Assembly (NCBI GenBank): GCA_963693365.1
Contig: CAVNZM010000006.1
Coordinates: 1,984,001-2,048,000 of the forward strand
Source of the DNA: Amoebidium appalachense
Lineage: Eukaryota > Protista > Ichthyosporea
Direction: 5' to 3'
DNA: 64,000 nt
Positions within the stretch are counted from its first letter, which is position 1, and each line of letters starts with the position of its first letter. This document shows positions 56,483 through 64,000 of the stretch, piece by piece. The notes under the pieces were generated by a model. It saw only the letters and a list, made by a program, of their open reading frames with translations, was not told where the DNA came from and made no database searches. Made by a program: the position numbers and the translations under genes.

Positions 56483-57517
56483 GGCTCAGTTTGCCGAGGC
56501 ATGCTAACTTATGAAGCATAGAACATGATTTACTTAAGCTTGCCATTGACAACTTCTGCTCAGCGATAAAATTTGAATTAGATTGCATGAAAGAAGAAAC
56601 TCTTGCTTTTCCTTTGTCCTTTACCCTCTCTCGCTGGTTTTTTCCTGCAACACGAGTGCATGTGTACGTCCAAACACCGCTCATAGACATGCATGATAAT
56701 AAGCTAATAGGGAAGGGTTTATGGCTTCTAGTCTATCCCCTTGAACTTCTATATGGGGTGTAACCAAGCATTACAAAACAAAAATAAAATATAGCATTAC
56801 AAAACAAAAATAAAATATTTTAGATCCGAAAAAAAAACATATGTGTAGTTAAGAGCTGGTTTTGTTAAACCAAAACATCAATTTTTCATAGGTTTTCAAT
56901 AAAATTAAAAAAAAAAGCTACTCAAAACTCCAGGAGCGTGGGCGGCAAGACTACAATAATTTGACACACGAAAAACGAATTCACTCGACGCCCTACTAGG
57001 AAAGTATTTGGTGATCTGTCAACGAAGCAACTTATGCAATCGAAATCGAGATCATGCGTTGTTGACATTCCTATGTTATGACGAAGCCAAACAGTCTCTG
57101 TGAGCCTGTGTTCCACGAAAAACACCCGTATCTTTCACGTGAGCGAATAGGCTAGCCTAGCATGCACCATGAAGCAGAGAGCAGGGGAACGAGGGGTCAT
57201 TTGGGGTTTCCTTGGGACTTGCGTGTAGTTTTGTGACAGTTTTCAAGTAAGGGCACACAAACTTGCTCGATTTTTTCTTTTATATGGCGGCGCGGCGTAA
57301 GGCAAAAACTTTGATTCCGACGTCACGTCATGATCAGCATGTGCGCAGTTGCATGCAGTTGTCGTTGATAGAAAAACCGTTGTTGAAAAAACAGGCCGGG
57401 CCTAAGCCTACCTAGAGCTTTGTCCACACATCCTTTATTGTTACTATCTTTGATTTTTTTTCCTTTAAACCCCTACGGAACCTTCTGAAGCAGAGTAGTC
57501 ATCTGCCACATTCAAAC

Positions 57518-59348
57518 ATGGATCCACATGTAGCCAAAGCCGATGTGCCATGGTGGCGCCAAAAGCTTTTCACAGTATGTGGGCCCATCCTGTTTTTAGA
57601 CATGGCGGACCGTGTAGCGTTTTACACAGTGTCTGGTGCTTTAATAACAAACCTACAGCAGCAGTTTTCACACGGGGCAGCACAGGCAGTAGCCATTCAA
57701 TCTGTCTTTCAGGTCGTCTGTTATTCCAATGTTTTTCTCGGAGGCTATTTGGCAGATTCCGTGCTCGGACGATTCAAAACCGTCACGTTGTTTCTTGCAT
57801 GCTTCTGCATTGGTACTTTTGTCTGCGCTGTTGCAACCCATCCAGATGTGCAGAGTTTGGGGCTTTACCTGTTTGGCGTAATGGGTCTGATTGCACTCGG
57901 GTTTGGATCTATCGTCCCGAACATTCCAAACTTTGGCGGGGACCAGTTTAACAAAGCAGACGAGAGGAAGGACAGCGAGAACTTCTTCTATGTGCTCTAT
58001 ATGGTGAGTAAACCACTACCTATTGCTACTGCCTATCCTCTTTTGCTGATCAGTTCACTGTTAACATTCGTAGATCTACAGTCAAGTCACCATCTTGTGG
58101 ATCTCAGACCTCTGCAAAGGGTTGTCTCAAGTTTAGAACACTGGCTTAGAATACTTTAAATGACTCCAAAGGTCCCTCTATTCCTGCGTTTTGCCACTTT
58201 CAGTCGTCAGGTCCTTTTCTTCCTTTCCCTTGTCCTTTTTCTATACTCCTTCCTTTTTACTCTCTGTCCTCTCTGTCTCTGCCTCTCTCTCTCTCCCCCC
58301 CTCCCCCTTCTCCCCCCCCCCCCCCCCCCTCCTCCCCCTCGTTTTCCCCCGAGGTTCCGCCCCGCCATACCTCTTTACCCCAATCCCCGTCCCCGTCCCC
58401 CGTCCCCTGCGCTATAGGCAGAATTAGCCAACAGTCCCCCTTTTCTTGCATAGTCACCCGCCACCTTTTTTCTTTTATCTCTGCTGTCCCTTGTTTTCGG
58501 CAACTGCTTTTTTCCTTAATAATTTTCGTATAACATCTTTCTTCTCTCCAAACAACCTCCCGTTTCCCCGACCCTTTTCCTGATTTCTAGTTAGCAAATG
58601 TCCATTTTTGAACTGTTCTTCATCTAACACATAAGCAAATCTGCCCTCTCTCCCTCCCCCCTCCCCCCCCCTCCCCCCCCCCTCCCCCCCCCCCCCCCCC
58701 CCACACACACACCCTTATAGTATGTCTCTGTCCCTCCTCCCTTTGCCTCCTTTCTTTCTACCTCTGGGTTTGAATTTCTCAGACAAATACCTATCATAGT
58801 ATTTCCCAGAACCGGGTACCTGTTGCTCACGCATATGCATCACCTTCAAAATTGTTGTGCATGGAGCAGTTATGTAATTCTTTAAGCACACCACACGGGG
58901 TGTCCACACATTCTTTACATGATTAAGCCAACATAATCCCACTTCCAGACCCTTCTCGCCTGTCTATCCTCTGCCTTCCCCCCCCCCCCCCCCCCCCATT
59001 TCTTCTGCACACAATTATTTAAGCCCCTCTCCTCCCCCCCTCCCCCCCCCCCCCCCCCCCCCGCGTTCCCTCTCCTCCCCCTAGCCCACCCGAACATCAC
59101 TCCCCCTCCTCGTTTCTCTTTCTCCGACCCCTACCCCCCCCCCTCGCCCTCCCTTTTCTTCACCTATACGTCCTTTCCCTTCTATCTCCTACTCTTGCCA
59201 CCACCATTCCCCCATCCTCTCCGCTCCTCTCCCATCCCCTTCCCATCCCCCCCTCCCCCCGCCCTCCCCGGCCCTTGCTCTCCTCCATCTAAACTGTCCA
59301 TTCACCATCCCCCCCCCCCACCCCCCCACCCCCCCCCCCCCCCCCACC

Positions 59349-59379
<31 letters not shown>

Positions 59380-60501
59380 ACAGATGATCAGTCTAGGTGC
59401 CGCCATTGCATACGGTTTCCTCACCTCCCTAGCAACGGGTGGGTCAGCGGGTATGGTGTTCAACTTTGGCATCGACTTGGTACCCGCAAATTTTGGGTAT
59501 TTTTCCGCATATTTCATAGCCGCAGTTATCGTCACGGCTGCTTCAATCATGTTTTTCCTATTCAGAAACCACTACACGCACATACAGCCGAGCGGAAACT
59601 CCCTCGGAGCTGCAATTTACTACATCTATTCCGGTGCGGGAAAATGCATGCCGGGAACAGCTTCATTCATTGGTTGGATCCTAATAGTTGTTTTTCTCGC
59701 TCTTACGCTTGTCGACGCTTTCACCACCACCCCCATACCTGCACTCGGATACACCAACCTATTTTTGGCTACCTTAGCAACCGGGCTCATATGCTGGGGG
59801 CATACGGATAATTCTTGGGTGGATAAAATTCCGGATCACCCTCTCGGATTATTGACGCGCGAAGAGGCAAAAGGATTATTTGGTGTTGTTCCTGTAATTC
59901 TGTTGACAGATGTGTTTTTCAGTTTTGTGTATTATACTGTCGAGGGCCCGTTTTATGTGCAGACATGCCATATGAATTTGAAGGCGGGGAGTGGTCAGTT
60001 TAACGGGGTAGGTGTTTCTTTCCTAACTCCTTGCCCGTCCATTCACGTTCCCTACCCTCCCCCCCCTCCCCCCCCCCCCCCCCCCCCCCAAGCACACACA
60101 CACACACACACACTTGTACCCTCTCCAGTTCCCACTCTCTAGCTACTGCTGTTCTTATCTGCCCAAGGTCTTCTCTCCCCCCCCTCCCCCCCCCTCCCCG
60201 CCCCCCTCCTCCTCCTCCTCCTCCCTCCCCACCCCCAAACCCACACACACACACGCGCGCGCGCGCGCACCCTCCTTGCAGGTGGGAGGCAAAAAAAAAA
60301 AAAGAAAAAAAAAAAAAAAAAAAAAAAAGGATGAAAAGAAAAGAAAGGGAATGAGGAGGAGGAGGGTACGGAGAAGAAAAACCGGGCATGAGGTAATAAG
60401 GTGAGTGATTATGGATACACCCATGGCTTTGAAACATTGGCCAACAGCGGTAGTGGAAACCAGAAGGGTTCTGTCCTCCTCGTCTCCCCCCCCCCCCCCC
60501 C

Positions 60502-60539
<38 letters not shown>

Positions 60540-60758
60540 GTGCCCTTTTTTTTTCAACACTTCAACACAAGAGTTGGAAACGTGCAAATGTGCATTTTTT
60601 GTGCGTGTCCAGCACACCTGTCCTTGGCATACGTGGGCGCAGTGCAGCGTGGGTTGTTTTCTTTTTCTCAGCTTTTTTTTGTTTCTTTCTTCCTTCCTTT
60701 CCTTCTTCTTCTTCTTTTTTTTTTTGGAGAGGCGCGGGGGGAGGAGGGAGGGAGGAAG

Positions 60759-60789
<31 letters not shown>

Positions 60790-61080
60790 TAGTTGTGTGC
60801 CCACAGATTACAAACCTGTTCGTGCTCTGTGGCTGCATGCATTGAACAGCCGGGGCGGGAATGGGAGGGTCCAAGAGGTACACATGTTGAGAAGAGACGG
60901 AATAATAGCCTCGTGCCCAAAAAATCCGTTAGCATCACTAACTCACCATTCATCCCTCCCTCTAACACAAACACACATGCGCACACCTTGCCACCTACAC
61001 ACACGCCCCTTCCCGCCGTGTTCCCTGCCCTCTTTACCCTGGCCGCTGCCTTTCGTCTCTCTTTCTCTCACACACACACA

Positions 61081-61139
<59 letters not shown>

Positions 61140-61204
61140 CCCTTCCCCCCCCTTCCCCCCCCTTGCACCCTCCCCCTCTTACTCCCCCCCGTCCCCCCTC
61201 CAAC

Positions 61205-61245
<41 letters not shown>

Positions 61246-62024
61246 ACACAAACACACAGACCATCATCACCGGCATCAACGCGCTAGGCAGCCTCGTTCT
61301 TACCCCATTGGTGGTACACGTGATGTGGCCTCTGATTGGTTGGGCCATGCGCAAGGAATTAACAATACGACATAAACTGGTCACGGGATTCGCCTGTGCC
61401 ATTCTCTCAATGATCGTTGCCGCCATTCTGGAATACGCCAGAAGATCGGCGGGACAACTACCCCAGCAAAAGGAAAATCTATCTCAATGCGCCGGAAATT
61501 CAGAATATCCCGTGTATTTCAGCGACATTGGCGGGTTTTACATGTTGATTCCATTTACGCTCATGGGGATAGCCGGGATATGCGTATATCCAACGACGAA
61601 TTTCTTTGCCTACGACTCGTGTCCCCCCCGTGCAAGGTCCGTGGCTCAGGCCTTCAATTGGTTCGCTTTGGGTGCTATCCCAAACGGAGTTCGCGCGTCT
61701 ATCACACGTGCAATGTCGAAATTTCTCCCCACAAGTCTAAATGAACCGAATGCACACGTTGAATATTTCTATTTTCTCGGGATGGCTTTTGGTATTGTTG
61801 GTGTGCCCCTGGTCTTGTATTTTATGACATTGTTTAGTAGGCACTACAATGTGTCTGAGATAACAGCCCCGAAAATCGATGAAAGCATGATTTTGAATGT
61901 AGCGGAAAATCCGTCAGACAGGAAAGATAGGGCTGAAAATGAGGACGGAGATAAGCAGCGGGTTAGATATACCCCGTATGATGATGAGGTGCACGTAGTG
62001 AGTGTCCAGCCTGAATGCTTATAG
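57518..62024 (+). CDS. POT/PTR2-family proton-dependent oligopeptide transporter (MFS), 3 exons, ~624 aa
   Basis: Exons 57518-58003, 59384-60007, 61260-62024 (all phase 0). GGYLADSVLGRFKTV (PTR2_1), IALGFGSIVPNIPNFGGDQF, FFYVLYMMISLGA, FAYDSCPPRARS; many hydrophobic helices. Confidence 0.92.
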
Positions 62025-62698
62025 AAGAATTTGATTTCAGCAGTTATGTAGGAAGGTAGGCTTGTCTATGTTTGTACACATCGAAGGCAGTTGATTTTGT
62101 CATATGTATCTTGGGTTTTAGGTTTTACAATGTGCACTCATAATAGCATATATCCTTGAAGGCAAACGTGTTCATACTGTAATTACTTTTATAGCATATC
62201 CAGATTATGCAAATTAAAATTACTGTAAAATTTGCGCAACAGCGGAATCTGATGCATGAAGGTAGGCTTGCCTTTGGATTTTTGTACACATTGAAGGAGT
62301 ATCATTGTTCATTAATGTTTTGGTAATGTGCCCACCATAGCATAGCTTTAATAAATGTGTTTACAAATTATAACGGGAATTGTTACCAGTAAATGCCATG
62401 GTGCAGTGATCATTGTTATTAAATGGCCGGTCACATTTTGACACATCGCCATGTATGTATGCTCATAAAATCCATCCCCCCCCCCCCCCCCCCCCCCCCC
62501 CCTCCCCCCCCCCCCCCCCCCCCCCCCAACACACACACACCCAATGTTTCCAACGCCCCTACATCCAACGTGAACCTCGTGCCCATAAGCCAACCCTACC
62601 CCACTTACAGTTATGTTTATGCACACACCCCTTCCCCCATCCCGTCTCCCTCCCTCTTGCCCCGCTTGATATACGATCAGTCCCCCCCCCCCCCCCCC

Positions 62699-62732
<34 letters not shown>

Positions 62733-64000
62733 ACACCACCACCACCACCACCCACCCACCACCCACCTACCCACCCACCCACACGCACGCACCACATGCG
62801 TAGACAAACAACTTCAGCCCTCTATCAACTGAATGCCTCGTCCCCCCCGAGAACACCAACTAGACACGGGACATATCAACCCGTCGTTAATACACGTATT
62901 TTTCATGTATTGGGTAACAAAAGGTGTTAGTCTTGTGTTCGGACATCCGGCGTGTGCGTGGCAGTGGGTGACTGCTTTAGGTGCACCATTGTGATGTAAG
63001 GGCTGCAGACGAAAGGGCGGGCCGGAGGGGGAGAGGGGGGGGGGGGGGGGGGGGGAGGGGGGGGAGGGAGGGGCGGGGGGAGGGGGGCTGGGGGGACGGG
63101 GGGCCAAAGGGCAGTGGGATGAATGGTGGGGGTGGCATTGCTCTACTGGCAGCAGGGGAGCACTCCACCTACGTACCCTCACAGGCCCAGCCTCCCTTCC
63201 GCCCCCACCCCTCCCCCTCCCCCCCCCTCCCCCCTCTTCCCCACCACCACCACCACCACAGCCACCCCTACCCCGCAGGCTTTCGTTGTCAGATCTCAGT
63301 GGATGCCTACAAGAATCAAAAAGTCTGTGTGACTTGGTATTCTTCGTTGACCTTGGTGTGCCACGTGGTAGGAGTTTCGTTGCATTTGTTGTGGAAGAGT
63401 AAAACATGGACAGAGCTGATACGCAGAAGCCTGTACCAGCCTTTGGAGGGGGGGGGGGGGGGGGGAGCTTTGGAGGTGGGGGAGGGGGAGGGGGGGAGGG
63501 GGGGGGGGGAAGGGGAGGACAGAAAAGATCTGGGGATCTTTATATATTTGCAAGTAAGCGTACACAGGAGATCCTTTGAAAGAGAAATACATTGCATTCA
63601 GGGCAGCAGTTTTGCTCCACTCTCCGACTCCATCCCCATATAAGTCTTGTGTATTTACTATGTAAAGACCGTGGGGTAACCTTAAATACCTGCATTTACC
63701 ATTCTAATCAGGTATAAATCTAGAGATCTGGCTTCCAGCAAACAAATACATAAAAACTCCATGTAAAGGGTCTCCTTCGTCTTGCTGCTACAAAATTTTT
63801 CTCAACCTTCCTTACACTCCTACCGCAAAATCTCCAACACATGGACCCGCCCCCCCCTCCTCCACATACTTGGATTTTTTCTGTGTTCCCTAAATCCTCC
63901 TGCCCACTCTCATACAAAACCCCACACAACCCACTTAGGCTCCAGGACCCACATTCACACCTTCAGACCCGCCCGTAACCCCCTCACCCTTCACATTGAG

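Noticed and set aside
62800-64000. Possible exons of a further gene at the window end
   Set aside because: No recognisable domain or phase-consistent model.

Overview
Eukaryotic genomic DNA, rich in introns, microsatellites and poly-C/poly-G runs; the organism cannot be identified from this window. Most ORFs in the track are repeat artefacts. Host genes: two divergently oriented, multi-exon paralogous C1-domain + CAMK-like Ser/Thr kinases (- strand ~1.8-19.5 kb; + strand ~23.3-37.1 kb), a frameshifted F-box/LRR gene, a small two-exon hydrophilic protein gene, and a 3-exon POT/PTR peptide transporter. Mobile DNA: two intact, mutually divergent tyrosine-recombinase retrotransposons of Ngaro/PAT type (gag, RT-RNaseH, YR; split direct repeats A1...B1A2-spacer-B2; 7118-12547 and 38108-43799), a LINE RT remnant, an intronless ORF with an OTU-like protease, and several MITEs. 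Main observation: in both YR retrotransposons the pol and YR frames are preceded by branch point + 3' splice-site motifs in phase 1, and gag carries a similar phase-1 donor. This predicts that Gag, Pol and recombinase are made by alternative splicing from one donor. It is an inference from sequence and needs RNA evidence.
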